Counted from the stretch's first letter, positions 11,963 to 27,117 are shown. The stretch: 64,000 nucleotides of DNA from TPA_inf: Saccharomyces (GCA_000146045.2 BK006949.2:448001-512000), one strand, 5' to 3'. Notes: generated by a model not told the origin, from the sequence alone. A program made the numbers and translations.

Positions 11963-12559
11963 ATGTTTCATTTAGTCAAGGGACTTTACAATAATTGGAA
12001 TAAAAAGGAACAATATTCAATTCTAATATTAGGTCTAGACAATGCAGGCAAAACGACGTTCTTGGAGACATTGAAAAAGGAATACTCTCTGGCGTTCAAA
12101 GCCTTGGAAAAGATACAGCCTACGGTAGGACAAAATGTGGCGACAATACCCGTTGACAGTAAACAGATCTTGAAGTTTTGGGATGTAGGTGGTCAAGAAT
12201 CACTGAGATCAATGTGGTCCGAATACTATTCCCTATGTCATGGTATAATTTTCATTGTGGATAGTTCAGATAGAGAACGATTAGACGAATGTTCCACGAC
12301 CCTACAGTCAGTTGTAATGGATGAAGAAATTGAAGGTGTACCCATCTTGATGCTGGCCAATAAACAAGATAGACAAGATAGAATGGAAGTACAAGATATA
12401 AAAGAAGTATTTAATAAGATTGCGGAACATATAAGCGCTAGAGATAGTAGGGTTTTACCAATAAGCGCATTGACTGGAGAAGGTGTTAAAGACGCTATAG
12501 AATGGATGATTGTTAGACTAGAAAGGAATAAAAAGTCAAGACCACCGATTTATAAATGA
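11963..12559 (+). CDS. ARL3: ARF-like small GTPase
   Basis: The 198-aa ORF carries the G1 motif GLDNAGKTT, the G3 motif WDVGGQ and the G4 motif NKQD. Its position fits YPL051W. Confidence 0.9.
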   Translation: MFHLVKGLYNNWNKKEQYSILILGLDNAGKTTFLETLKKEYSLAFKALEKIQPTVGQNVATIPVDSKQILKFWDVGGQESLRSMWSEYYSLCHGIIFIVDSSDRERLDECSTTLQSVVMDEEIEGVPILMLANKQDRQDRMEVQDIKEVFNKIAEHISARDSRVLPISALTGEGVKDAIEWMIVRLERNKKSRPPIYK

Positions 12560-12778
12560 TAAAGAAGCACCAAAAGAAATAAAATGTGAATGGTTTATTC
12601 TCAAGCTCAGAAATTAGTTGTTGTAGCACTTTTTATTCGGCATTTTTTAATATACATGTGTAAATTATATATATATATATATGAATATATATCTTGTTTT
12701 GTTTATTTTCAACTAATAATCGCAACAATATTATCTTTCAATAACGCTATAGCTTCTGTATGCTTTTTGCTCAGTTGC

Positions 12779-13972
<1,194 letters not shown>

Positions 13973-14244
13973 CTAACTTTTTATTCTAGCTCTTTTAAAT
14001 TCTTCTGTTTGAAAAATACTAAAATTGATGCTATTCTCTTCTTACTTTCACAAAGTGCGGAAGGAAAAATAGGTTCAGAAATAACGGGTCCCAAGAGCGG
14101 CTAACAGAAAATAATAAAAGCTTTTCTACCAATTGAGAATCCGCTTGGTTGACGACTTTTCCTCCTTTATTATTCTTGATTTGGTGTTCTGTTTTACTTA
14201 TATCAAAATACTTCAACGCCAAATCCGCTACAACGATGGAAAGG

Positions 14245-14267
14245 AAAAAAAAAAAAAAAAAAAAAAG
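14245..14267. repeat. Poly(dA:dT) tract, A23, in the MNN9 promoter and DIG1 3' region
   Basis: A homopolymer of 23 A. Such tracts are nucleosome-excluding in yeast promoters. Confidence 0.9.
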
Positions 14268-14384
14268 ACAAACCAATGCTGTCGTGTCTAGTGACGATAA
14301 AGGCTGTAACTATTAATAAGGTGAATACTCACCCTCATCTTTTAGTTTATCAAACTTATATAAAAATTGTGTATGTACTGAATT

Positions 14385-14478
14385 GTCCTTGGTGTGCGAG
14401 TGAGAGTGTGTGTGTGAGTGCGTGTGTGAGTAGGTGAGTGTATGCGAGTGTATGTAAGTTTATAAGTGCCTGTGTGGC
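14385..14478. repeat. TG/GA-rich simple-sequence tract (gtgtgcgagtgagagtgtgtgtgtgagtgcgtgtgtgag...) immediately 3' of the DIG1 stop codon
   Basis: About 90 nt on the plus strand are almost entirely G and T (with some A). In the DIG1 3'UTR this reads as a CA/CU-rich element. Confidence 0.85.
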
Positions 14479-14480
14479 TA

Positions 14481-15839
14481 CTATTTTCCGGTTCTGTGAT
14501 GTGATGATGATTTTTTTGTCAGCTCCTTTGATTCATTCCATACTTTATTACATATGCTCATAAACATTTTCTTGTCTACATTGCTAGAGCTCAGGGGGAA
14601 CTCGAAGGCAAAAATATGCGATGAGAGTCGGATTTCGCCTTGAAGAAGACTAGGTGATTGCTGCTGCGGCTGCGAGGTCCGCTGGAACGTAGTAAAAGTG
14701 GGAGTGGGGACCGCTCCGTCCTCGATGGCCAAGTCCGTACCCTCTTCTTCGTCTTTATTGGGTTCTGCCTCATGCCATGAACTCCTGTCCCGGTTTGTGC
14801 TTGTGCTTGTACTTGTGCTTGTGCTTGCGCTTCTGGCTTTCGTGTTGGCCGAGAGTAATGCATCCCGTTCAAAGTGGTATTCTTCAGCAGGTATCATATC
14901 TGCTGGGCGTAGATCCGCGCGCTGTTGCGTAGGACCGGCATTCGCACTTGATCCTACGCTAGAATTTCTTGAGCCTTCCTCGGATCGTCTGGTTTTCCCA
15001 GTGGAAGCGGTGCCACTCAAAGGCGAATCATATGAGTCGTTAACCCTCTTGTTTCTGTAATTGCTAGCACTATACTCATTTTCTTCGTAGGGCCTAGCGT
15101 TGCCACCTTGCATAGCATAAGGAATGGAGGTCCGCGGTCCCATTGGATATGGATACGACACGTAGGGTGTCATTATGGGCTTGTTCAGCATGTGAGGTGG
15201 AGGGATACCGTACGGATTATAATATGGTGACATTATGTAGCGATTCATGGGCATGTAAGGGTTCATGGCGCTCATGATGCCCGCCGAGGGCATGTGTGGT
15301 TTCCCATAACTATTGCTGCTATTATTCACTTGTATAGATTGTCTAGAACTGGCCTTTCCCAAGTATTGGACACGGGGCTGGAACTTGGAATGCTGAGTAA
15401 CTTGTGCGGGCGCGCTTTTCACGTTTTGATTAGCAACAGGAGGAAAATGTGCAGAGTTAGACGAAGCCAAGTTGCCGTCCTTAATATTACCACCGTGTGT
15501 ATTAGTGTTGCTATCCGATAAATTCAAAGGCGCCGGGACTCTGCCCCTCTTCAATGATTTCTTCGGATTCTTCAATGGTTGGGCTTTCCTCTTCTTCGCA
15601 GTGGCTGTCTCAGAATCCTCATGATCTGCTTCCTTGTCACCAGAGTCATCCTCCTCAGGGACATGCTCTAGCTCCGACTCCTGACCAACGCTGTTTCCGC
15701 CTGGCGAATTCTTAATGTTGCTATCGCTGCTGCCCTTAGCATTTGCTACACTGATTTCTGTATCACCAATTGGATCTTGTGTTGATTTAGCAATGGATGT
15801 ATCCTCGGCAGTCGTTCTCAAACGGGCTGATACGGCCAT
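14481..15839 (-). CDS. DIG1: MAP-kinase-responsive inhibitor of Ste12
   Basis: The ORF is 452 aa from the second Met (MAVSARL...). It contains (ST)n and QAQAQ repeats and Pro/Asn-rich low complexity. Position and length fit YPL049C. Confidence 0.85.
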   Translation of the reverse strand: MAVSARLRTTAEDTSIAKSTQDPIGDTEISVANAKGSSDSNIKNSPGGNSVGQESELEHVPEEDDSGDKEADHEDSETATAKKRKAQPLKNPKKSLKRGRVPAPLNLSDSNTNTHGGNIKDGNLASSNSAHFPPVANQNVKSAPAQVTQHSKFQPRVQYLGKASSRQSIQVNNSSNSYGKPHMPSAGIMSAMNPYMPMNRYIMSPYYNPYGIPPPHMLNKPIMTPYVSYPYPMGPRTSIPYAMQGGNARPYEENEYSASNYRNKRVNDSYDSPLSGTASTGKTRRSEEGSRNSSVGSSANAGPTQQRADLRPADMIPAEEYHFERDALLSANTKARSASTSTSTSTSTNRDRSSWHEAEPNKDEEEGTDLAIEDGAVPTPTFTTFQRTSQPQQQSPSLLQGEIRLSSHIFAFEFPLSSSNVDKKMFMSICNKVWNESKELTKKSSSHHRTGK

Positions 15840-16400
15840 TCTCACTTTCTATTTTCTTCTTTGAGAAACAATACCAAAATTTGTTACTGATTTGATTCTT
15901 TTTAAGTGCGTTTCTTCTGTATAAGCTAAAAAAACGCAAAGCACAAAGCGGAAAAACTAAACCTAATAAACTTCCCCCAGCGAGAAACAGATGTAAAGAA
16001 CAACCGTATCAAGTGGCGAAGCAGCTGCTTATAAGTAAAGCCCAAGGCCCACCAACGCATACATGCAAGGCCTGTGCAAGCCGACTGCTGCTTGTTTCAT
16101 CTTCCGCTCGCGGTGACCCACTCGGGGAATTTCTCACGCTTGCTGCTGCAGGTCGTTGGGCGTTGATTCCTGTTTTTTTCTTTCGTTTTTTCAATCCGCG
16201 GGAGTGAGACATGATTAGTGTAGTCCTTGTAGAGTTCCTTATTTATTTTTTTATTAGTTTTCTTGTTTTCGTTTATCAGCAGGGTTTGGTTGTGTTGCTT
16301 GGCAGCCCGCAAATTGGTCTTCCCTCCTTGTTATTGTATTTTCTGTTATTAGAGCATACAGAACATAGAAACTCAAGATCAGATACAGTTTTTGCACGCC

Positions 16401-17648
16401 ATGTCTCAAGGTACTTTATATGCTAACTTCAGAATTAGAACTTGGGTCCCAAGAGGTCTTGTCAAGGCTTTGAAGCTGGACGTTAAGGTTGTTACGCCAG
16501 ATGCCGCCGCTGAACAGTTCGCAAGGGACTTTCCCTTGAAGAAGGTTCCGGCTTTCGTGGGTCCAAAGGGTTACAAGCTAACCGAGGCAATGGCGATTAA
16601 CTATTATTTAGTAAAGCTTTCACAGGACGACAAGATGAAGACTCAACTTTTAGGTGCCGACGATGACTTAAATGCCCAAGCGCAAATCATCAGATGGCAA
16701 TCTTTGGCCAACAGTGATCTGTGCATCCAGATTGCCAACACCATCGTTCCCTTGAAGGGCGGCGCCCCCTACAACAAGAAGAGCGTTGATTCTGCGATGG
16801 ACGCTGTTGACAAGATCGTCGACATCTTCGAGAACAGATTGAAAAACTACACCTATTTGGCTACGGAAAACATCTCCTTGGCCGACTTGGTGGCTGCCTC
16901 GATTTTCACCAGATACTTTGAAAGCCTGTTCGGTACTGAATGGAGAGCTCAACATCCAGCCATCGTGAGATGGTTCAACACCGTTAGAGCCTCACCCTTC
17001 TTGAAGGATGAATACAAGGATTTCAAGTTCGCTGACAAGCCATTGAGTCCCCCTCAAAAGAAGAAGGAAAAGAAGGCCCCAGCCGCCGCTCCCGCCGCTT
17101 CGAAGAAGAAGGAGGAAGCCAAGCCAGCTGCTACCGAAACTGAAACTTCTTCCAAGAAACCAAAGCACCCATTAGAATTATTGGGCAAGTCAACTTTCGT
17201 TTTGGATGACTGGAAGAGAAAGTACTCCAATGAAGACACCAGACCAGTTGCTTTACCTTGGTTTTGGGAGCACTACAACCCAGAAGAGTATTCCCTGTGG
17301 AAAGTCACCTACAAGTACAACGATGAATTGACTTTGACTTTCATGTCCAACAACTTGGTCGGTGGTTTCTTCAACAGATTGTCCGCCTCTACCAAGTACA
17401 TGTTCGGTTGTCTGGTAGTCTACGGTGAAAACAACAACAACGGTATTGTTGGTGCAGTTATGGTTAGGGGCCAAGATTACGTTCCAGCTTTCGATGTCGC
17501 ACCAGATTGGGAATCTTACGACTATGCAAAGTTGGATCCAACTAACGACGACGACAAAGAATTCATCAATAACATGTGGGCCTGGGATAAGCCAGTTTCC
17601 GTCAATGGCGAACCAAAGGAAATTGTTGACGGTAAGGTCTTAAAATAA
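16401..17648 (+). CDS. CAM1: Translation elongation factor eEF1B gamma homologue (GST-like N-terminal domain plus EF1G C-terminal domain)
   Basis: The ORF is 415 aa from MSQGTLY. It has a lysine/alanine-rich linker (KKKEKKAPAAAPAASKKKEEAKPAA) followed by an EF1-gamma domain. It fits YPL048W. Confidence 0.9.
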   Translation: MSQGTLYANFRIRTWVPRGLVKALKLDVKVVTPDAAAEQFARDFPLKKVPAFVGPKGYKLTEAMAINYYLVKLSQDDKMKTQLLGADDDLNAQAQIIRWQSLANSDLCIQIANTIVPLKGGAPYNKKSVDSAMDAVDKIVDIFENRLKNYTYLATENISLADLVAASIFTRYFESLFGTEWRAQHPAIVRWFNTVRASPFLKDEYKDFKFADKPLSPPQKKKEKKAPAAAPAASKKKEEAKPAATETETSSKKPKHPLELLGKSTFVLDDWKRKYSNEDTRPVALPWFWEHYNPEEYSLWKVTYKYNDELTLTFMSNNLVGGFFNRLSASTKYMFGCLVVYGENNNNGIVGAVMVRGQDYVPAFDVAPDWESYDYAKLDPTNDDDKEFINNMWAWDKPVSVNGEPKEIVDGKVLK

Positions 17649-17961
17649 TCTCTTCGTACTATCCTTCATGTCGCCTTTTATTATAAAGTATGCTAGGTAG
17701 TTTTATCTATATCTTATTTATGACGCAATATAGGGTAACAGAGTTTTTCTGCTCTGAAACTTCCGCAGAAAAAAAATCAAGTTTTCCTTTTCGTATCTTG
17801 GATTATTGTTATATAATAGATGCATGTATTATATGTATAGCAGTGATTTGCTTATTTTCTTGATTCTGAGGAATCGAAGAAGTAACTTAGCGTTTCTTCC
17901 GTTGAGCAGAGCAGTATAATAATCCTTCAAATTCTTTAGGTTACGGGGTTTTCCTGTTGCG

Positions 17962-18261
17962 ATGACCGAAGAAACTATTACTATAGATTCTATTTCAAAT
18001 GGGATACTGAATAACCTGTTAACCACATTGATCCAGGACATTGTAGCTCGGGAAACCACTCAACAACAATTGCTGAAGACAAGATATCCGGATCTTCGCA
18101 GTTATTATTTCGACCCGAACGGATCTCTCGATATTAATGGACTACAGAAGCAACAAGAGTCCTCTCAGTATATTCACTGTGAGAATTGTGGCAGGGATGT
18201 GTCCGCAAACAGACTAGCAGCTCATTTACAGAGATGTTTGAGTAGGGGTGCTAGACGTTGA
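17962..18261 (+). CDS. SGF11: SAGA deubiquitination-module subunit with a C-terminal zinc finger
   Basis: The 99-aa ORF ends in a C2H2-like finger (HCENCGRDVSANRLAAHLQRC). Confidence 0.85.
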   Translation: MTEETITIDSISNGILNNLLTTLIQDIVARETTQQQLLKTRYPDLRSYYFDPNGSLDINGLQKQQESSQYIHCENCGRDVSANRLAAHLQRCLSRGARR

Positions 18262-18643
18262 CACTAGGTGGTGGTTTATGGGTAATTGAAAAGGCACAGA
18301 CAGATTTTAGCCCATTTCTTGTGGGCATAGGTTCATAAAAAAAGCAAGATTCTTACATTTTATGCGGCATATCTGCACATAGAAGTTCATGTAGTTATGT
18401 GGTAACATCTCAAAGAGAGAAGGCGAAAACTGTTTTAGCTATTAACTACATGTTTTTATAATAGCACCTCCCATATATGATGCCAAATGATACCTTGCAT
18501 TCCGTTATGTGGAAGGGTTACACATAAGTACGCTATAACAATGCATTCAATTTTCTACATATCAGAGTAATATGCTGCAACATCACACCCATATAATATA
18601 ATTTTTTGAAAGAGTTCCTAACTCTTTTTTGTTTTTCCTGTAC

Positions 18644-18943
18644 CTATATACTCAAATAGTCCGCCGCAAGTAGCAGCTCTAACGACATTTCTGTCGGTAT
18701 TTCAAACTCTGGAATCTCATCATCGTCCTCGCTAACGCCGCTGTACTTCAAATTATAATTTAAATATTCCACAGCCTTTTCTAGAATATGCGAGTCAAAC
18801 TGCTTGAGCTCTATTCGGCCTTTGCTTTCCCTGAAGGGTCCCTCAATCATAGCTTTTAACGTCGGTGAAATCATCGCAGCAGATCGTGATATCTCATATT
18901 CCTTATCATCTTTTGATACTAACGTAACGAAATCTTGAGACAT
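18644..18943 (-). CDS. ELC1: Elongin C (Skp1-like fold)
   Basis: The 99-aa ORF lies divergent from VPS16. Its sequence is Skp1/elongin-C-like. Confidence 0.85.
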   Translation of the reverse strand: MSQDFVTLVSKDDKEYEISRSAAMISPTLKAMIEGPFRESKGRIELKQFDSHILEKAVEYLNYNLKYSGVSEDDDEIPEFEIPTEMSLELLLAADYLSI

Positions 18944-19259
18944 TTAGTTATGGTTTTTTATTCATAAATTTCTGACAAAAGCAAACAATAGGAAGAGTTT
19001 GTTCTACCTTTGTCTGTTTTCGACTTACTTGTGCTTCCTTTTTTTTTTTACTTCTTGATTTTCCACTTCTTTTTTTTTGATTTTGGGAACGTACAATAAG
19101 GCACCAAATAGTAATATCGCTATTAAAGTCAGCGTAAATACCAAACCTATATCCCTAATGATTATAAGCAATCGTCTCCATATCAATCAATAGAGGAAAA
19201 AAGGAGAGAAAGGAATAGTACAGACGGATAGGCCTCCCTTTTGTTTCGCACTAATAAAA

Positions 19260-21656
19260 ATGAAAAACCCTAGCTTCGACTGGGAAAGATTGAAAGACGT
19301 ATTTTATAGAAGCAGAGCCATTGGCGAATTAAAATGGCCAACTCAGTACGAGGAGTTCAAATGTGCCTTGTCATTAACTGTTATCGCGGTTGAAATTCAA
19401 GACTTTATACAAGTATACAATTATTTTGGGCAGCTGTTAGGCAAGATAAATTTGCAAAGAATTCATGAGGATATAATAAAGTTTGAGTTCGATAAAGACG
19501 AGAAGCTGATATTGGTCACGAAAAGCTCCATCAAAATTGTGAAAGGTTGGTCGCCACTGACGATAGAAAGTGTCCCATTACAGGACCCAACCATTGATAC
19601 TATCTGGGACTATCACAATGGAATCATGTTGTTAGCAAAATCTCGTGATATATACAAGTTAAACGGAAATGAATGGGAACTTCTTTACGAGAACAAAGAT
19701 AAAAAATATAATTTATTGACAAAAAACCACTGGAGTTGCAATGATGACTCCATCATTTTACTGGATGTTGATCATGTATATCAAGTAAGCACCTCGAACG
19801 GGGCACTATTGAAGTTAATCACAGATTCGTCGTGGCACAAGGTAACGATCTCATCTAGAGGATTTATTTGCCTTTATAATATGAAGGACAATAAACTGCA
19901 GATTTTCAGAGATCCAGCAAGAATACTAATGGAACACAACTTGGATTCTACACCAGATGATATATGTTGGTGTGGCAATGATACCGTTGCTTGTTCTTTC
20001 GAGGACGAAATCAAATTATACGGCCCAGATGGTTTGTATGTAACATTTTGGTACCCTTTTACTGTAACTAACCTAAGGGCAGAGGTTGATGGGTTGAAGG
20101 TTATTACCACTGAAAAGATTTACTTTCTATCCAGGGTACAACCTCAGACTTCTAATATATTTAGAATTGGCTCAACCGAGCCTGGTGCAATGCTTGTTGA
20201 CTCATTTAGTTTACTGGAGGATCATGCACCCAAAGCAATTGAAATATTAAAGAATTTTGTCTTAGAGAAGGGTGTACTGGACTGTATTGCTGCTGCAATA
20301 GACGAATTTGAACCTAAACTACAGAAGATGTTGTTGAACGCTGCATCTTATGGAAAAGCTTCTTTGCAGTACAAGTCATTTGACGCTAGTATATTTGTGA
20401 ATGCGTGTAATACGATAAAATTATTAAACTGCTTCAGAAGTTTTGGTATTTTTTTGACTGTGGAGGAATACAGGTGTATTTCTTTGAAAGGTGTCATTGA
20501 TAGGCTGTTGAAGTATCACAGATATTATGAGTGCATACAGATATGCAAATTGGCCAATGAACGATTTCTGTTAGGATACGTGTTTACTGAGTGGGCAAAG
20601 GATAAAATCAAGGGTAGTCCTGACATGGAAGATGATGAGTTACTAGACAAAATCAAATCTCGACTAAGTGTTATAGATATGACGGATACATTACAAATGG
20701 TAGCAGTTGCGAAAGTTGCATATCTTGAAGGAAGGTTCCAGTTATCCCGTAATTTAGCTTTATTAGAGAAAAACGAAGAAGCTAGAATTGAGCAACTGTA
20801 TAATCTTGATGATGATAGTATAGCGCTAAAGGAGTGTATCAAAGTACAAAATTACAGTCTGACAATTTCATTACTGATTGCACTTTCCAAAAAGCTGACA
20901 AACTCTCAACTGACGAAGCTTTTGATCATTGATATGTTCAACAATCCCTTATATCTCTATTATATGAGAATGGATAAAGCATACTTGTACGATTTTTACC
21001 GCCAAACTGACCGATTTATTGACTTGGCTCACGTATTACTGCAGCAGGGAAAAGAACAGCAATCTTTACACAGCTTTTTACCGCAAATTAAGGACCTTTA
21101 TAGCCAAGTTCAAAACAGTGAAGTGGTCAACAATACAATAGAACAACTTCAAAGACAGGAAAAGTTGTGGATATACCAAGAATCATTAGGCAAAAGATTT
21201 GCTATATCATTCACTAATATGACTTTAGATCAAACGCTTTCGAAGTTAATAGAAACAGGGCAAGATAAACAGGTGAAAGAAATAGTTAAAAAGTTCAAAA
21301 TAAGCGAAAAAAAGCTGTATCACCTGAAATGTAAAACGTTAGTCGAAGCTAAGAAGTTTGACGAACTACTACAGTTTGCTCAGTCGCGGAAATCACCAAT
21401 TGGTTACATGCCTTTCTACACATACTTAAAAAGCAGAGGCCATATGGATAAAGCTAGTCCTTATGTTAATATGATACCTGGCCTTTCGTATCAGGAAAAG
21501 AAAAAGCTTTATGTGGAGTGCAGGGGTTTTCGTGATGCAATTCAACTAGCAGGAAAGGAAAAAGACATTCCAGGCTTAAAGGAGATATATAATATTATAC
21601 CACCTAATGAGCCGGAATTAAAGGCATTAGCAAATGAAACTATGAGCAGGATATAG
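19260..21656 (+). CDS. VPS16: HOPS/CORVET subunit (class C Vps)
   Basis: The 798-aa ORF has the exact length and position of YPL045W. Confidence 0.9.
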   Translation: MKNPSFDWERLKDVFYRSRAIGELKWPTQYEEFKCALSLTVIAVEIQDFIQVYNYFGQLLGKINLQRIHEDIIKFEFDKDEKLILVTKSSIKIVKGWSPLTIESVPLQDPTIDTIWDYHNGIMLLAKSRDIYKLNGNEWELLYENKDKKYNLLTKNHWSCNDDSIILLDVDHVYQVSTSNGALLKLITDSSWHKVTISSRGFICLYNMKDNKLQIFRDPARILMEHNLDSTPDDICWCGNDTVACSFEDEIKLYGPDGLYVTFWYPFTVTNLRAEVDGLKVITTEKIYFLSRVQPQTSNIFRIGSTEPGAMLVDSFSLLEDHAPKAIEILKNFVLEKGVLDCIAAAIDEFEPKLQKMLLNAASYGKASLQYKSFDASIFVNACNTIKLLNCFRSFGIFLTVEEYRCISLKGVIDRLLKYHRYYECIQICKLANERFLLGYVFTEWAKDKIKGSPDMEDDELLDKIKSRLSVIDMTDTLQMVAVAKVAYLEGRFQLSRNLALLEKNEEARIEQLYNLDDDSIALKECIKVQNYSLTISLLIALSKKLTNSQLTKLLIIDMFNNPLYLYYMRMDKAYLYDFYRQTDRFIDLAHVLLQQGKEQQSLHSFLPQIKDLYSQVQNSEVVNNTIEQLQRQEKLWIYQESLGKRFAISFTNMTLDQTLSKLIETGQDKQVKEIVKKFKISEKKLYHLKCKTLVEAKKFDELLQFAQSRKSPIGYMPFYTYLKSRGHMDKASPYVNMIPGLSYQEKKKLYVECRGFRDAIQLAGKEKDIPGLKEIYNIIPPNEPELKALANETMSRI

Positions 21657-21896
21657 AACTCATAATTTATAGACGTTGTGGATATCTAGCCGCATATCAA
21701 ATAATTAAATGCTGCCATTACGTTTGTGCGGTTATATATGTTGGCTCCCTATAGGGTTACCCATGGAACGGCGAAGGAAAAAAAAAATAATTTTCACTGA
21801 AAAATTTCAAGAGTCTATCTCATCTCATCGTTTATTCTGAATTAAATACTACATACAAAATCTTTTTATTAGTAAAATAGTGAGATTTCTTCGTGA

Positions 21897-23996
<2,100 letters not shown>

Positions 23997-25039
23997 AGGT
24001 AGAACCATATTTATAGGAATTTCGATTTGTATTCTCTTTACGTATGTACATTATTTTTCAAAGAGTAGATAGATGAATCTCTAACGTACTCGAAAGCTTT
24101 TATGTCGTTATTTTAGTACTGTTTTACGAGAAGCGCGAGAAACTCTCTACATATACTGTCCAGCATCTCAGTAAATCATACTGAAACCTTATTACCAGTA
24201 TCGCTCCTAGACGTTCCGTTTGAAGTAATAGGCAAGACGAGAATTATTTATTTCCCATGATATACATAATGGTTATAAGTAGACCGCAAATAAAAGTATG
24301 TAAAATTAGCTATGTTTCTACATTGTTTGTGCAATGACTTTTAGGTTCGGCTGGTCATTAATAACTAGGTGATGCTGAATTCACGTATCTTATTAGATAC
24401 ATTTAGAATTCATGACTTCTCCTTTGTATGAGCGTGTCCCTCCTTTTCTTGATGGTTTCAGCCCTTCTACATACTACACAATGTACTTTGTTAACCGATG
24501 ATAACTCTACTTTATACGTAGTTTAGACTTTGAACGGGATGAACTGGTTGTTTCATCCAATGTTTTCGTAAAGTCATTCTTTTTTATGGAAAATGTACAA
24601 AGTTGTTTATATTTTTTGCTATGGTTATTAACCTGAATACCATTAACAGATGTGTTATAATGGGAACATATTACTATTGCCGATAAGTTACGAACAAACC
24701 TACTACTACCATTATATAAAAATTAAGGGGGGTACTTGAAGTCTTTTCTTTCTTCTTTTTTGGGAATGCATGAGATATTCATATGTTTTAAAGCCCCATT
24801 AGTTGAGATGAATTATGACGAAATTCGCATACATCTGCGGAGAACAGGGTTTTAGCTCGACCTAAAATCAACCCATTATTTTACCTGAATGTTGCAGACT
24901 TGCATTCTTAGTGCCTCTAAAGCGAAAAATTGAAACTGTATGCCGATTTAAATACTATAAAGATAAAAAAAAGTTTAATGAATATAATAGTGACAGTGCT
25001 GTGGAATGAAAAATTCCAAATATATATAAAAATAGAAGC

Positions 25040-26707
25040 CTATCTTCTGTTTTTCTTTCGAGATGGCTCATCTGATGCATTGTTTCCTGACACCGCAGCA
25101 GCGGCTGCTGCTGCCGCGGCCAGAATTCTACGGTTAACACCAAGCCCACCTAACGCATTTGCAGCGGCACCTGCGGTGATTCCTGAAGCTTGTGTATTGT
25201 TTTTCGTTCTTGATCCAAGATTCATGATGTCATTATCGTTCGTGTGAATTCTTCTTGCCGGGTATTTGTAAGTTAGACCTTCAAATACATTTTCACTAAC
25301 AGGAATATCACTTTCTGTGAAGTACTTATGTTCCAACGCATTAAATGCATCTATTCTTTTAATTGGATCATAATTTAACAAGTGGTAAAGTAAGCTTAAA
25401 GCATGCTTGTCCCTTCCTCCCGCGGAATGATACCATGTAGCAAGGTTATCCCTATACTTTGGAAACTTCGTAATTTGATCATATTCTGGATACTTCTCCA
25501 AATAAGGCCAAATTTTTTGATCGGGAGTGCCAAGAACTTCCAAAATTCTCTGTAGTTGATTCACTTGAAATGGAACAGTCTTTTTAGAGTCTAGTTTAGC
25601 TTCTTCACCTTTAAATATGGGCTGTAATCCTATCAGTTCTGCAAAAATGCAGCCAACGGACCATAAATCAACCGCAGGGGTATAGTGCCGTGCTCCCAAT
25701 AGCAACTCAGGTGCACGGTACCATATAGTGACAACCACTTTATCCCCAGTATAGAGGGTTTGCAGCATATTATGAAATTTTCTGGCCAAACCTAAATCAC
25801 CAATTTTAACACATCCATCTATGGTCACCATTATATTTGCGGGTTTCAAATCTCGATGAAGCACCCAATTTTGATGAAGATACGATACGCCGTCTAAAAG
25901 CTGCCACATAATAGACCGAACCATTCTTGGTGGTATCATCCTTTTTTCGGGATGGGAATGGAAGTGGATAATTTGTAGCAGATCATGCTCCGCATATTCG
26001 TATACCATATGGACACATTTCCTTTCCAAAAAAATTTCCACTAATGTGGTTAAATGCTTGTTGTGCAATTCTCGACATAATGCCATTTCTCTACAGGCAC
26101 TCTGAGATATTCCCGTATAATGCAATTGTTCGACGCCATCCTTCTCTGTCTTGAACTTTTTAATGGCATAAAATACCGTCAGCGGTTTTTTAATGAGGGT
26201 TTGTTTTTGGGAATTATAGTGCGGGGATACATCTTCCCTCGTAGTTCGTATTCTTCCGGGGGTCACTCCTTCATCCTTTAACAAGTTTCTTCTTAATGCG
26301 TTTGTATTTGCCTGCATGTCCATTGAAGAGCTTGATTTTGGTTGCGTGCTGTCAAACTGCGGAATTTTCGCATTGGTACCATTCAGACTAGAACCATTAG
26401 CGGAATTGGTACCGGAGTTGATTTGTCTTTTCGCTTTGTAAACTTTACCATATGTGCCCGCAGCAATGTAGCCAATAACTTCGTACTTTTCTAAGACAGA
26501 TACCCGCATTCTATCTTTTCTTGCCCTATAAGGTCCAATAGTAAAAACATCATTATTGGCCATTAGCATCGGGGCTTTTCCATGCACACTTCCGATTGTG
26601 TTTTTCTTTCCAACGAACGATTGAGCTTGCTGTTGTCCTTGTACCTGCATAGGCCTTTGGTACATTGGCTGATAGGAGTTTTGTGCTCTATCCTTGCCAT
26701 TATACAT
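25040..26707 (-). CDS. SSN3: Mediator-associated cyclin-dependent kinase CDK8
   Basis: The 555-aa ORF has a kinase catalytic loop ([10 protein letters not shown]), a DLGLAR motif, a poly-Ala C-terminus and an N-terminal Q-rich region. The length matches SSN3/SRB10. Confidence 0.9.
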   Translation of the reverse strand: MYNGKDRAQNSYQPMYQRPMQVQGQQQAQSFVGKKNTIGSVHGKAPMLMANNDVFTIGPYRARKDRMRVSVLEKYEVIGYIAAGTYGKVYKAKRQINSGTNSANGSSLNGTNAKIPQFDSTQPKSSSSMDMQANTNALRRNLLKDEGVTPGRIRTTREDVSPHYNSQKQTLIKKPLTVFYAIKKFKTEKDGVEQLHYTGISQSACREMALCRELHNKHLTTLVEIFLERKCVHMVYEYAEHDLLQIIHFHSHPEKRMIPPRMVRSIMWQLLDGVSYLHQNWVLHRDLKPANIMVTIDGCVKIGDLGLARKFHNMLQTLYTGDKVVVTIWYRAPELLLGARHYTPAVDLWSVGCIFAELIGLQPIFKGEEAKLDSKKTVPFQVNQLQRILEVLGTPDQKIWPYLEKYPEYDQITKFPKYRDNLATWYHSAGGRDKHALSLLYHLLNYDPIKRIDAFNALEHKYFTESDIPVSENVFEGLTYKYPARRIHTNDNDIMNLGSRTKNNTQASGITAGAAANALGGLGVNRRILAAAAAAAAAVSGNNASDEPSRKKNRR

Positions 26708-27117
26708 TTCTCTCTCCTCCCGTCAAAACTAGGCGGCCTTAATTCAATTGGGAAGCAAAATTACTAACTTCAGTATACCCTTCCGCCTTTTTTCTTTCCT
26801 ATAAACCTTTCTTGTATCCTTTTTGTCAGCAGTGATTGTGGGATAACTTTCAAGTATTGAAGCGGGAAAATGAAACGCAACTTAAGCCACACCACGTAAT
26901 TCTTGAAGACTTTTGATGTATGATATTTATTTCACTGTTAAAAAAAGCTATAATTTCCTCTAATCAAAACTCTCTAAAACGAAATCAAAAATATTCGTAA
27001 CACATATATAACGAAGTACAATATATTGGGAATCTATAAATCATATGCCGAGTGCGCAACTTCAACTGAAAACAATAATCCGTCTCTGGGCCAGAAAAAA
27101 AAAAGGAAAAAAAAGCT

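Noticed and set aside
14591-15060. Alternative-frame ORFs of 93 and 120 aa overlapping DIG1
   Set aside because: The dipeptide repeats in DIG1 keep other frames open by chance (LVLVLV and QAQAQA read-throughs).
16009-16212. GC-rich overlapping 64- and 67-aa ORFs upstream of CAM1
   Set aside because: They sit in the CAM1 5' flank, are mutually antisense, and show no coding signature. The GC-rich block may instead be a promoter element of this highly expressed gene, but I could not match a clean Rap1 site.
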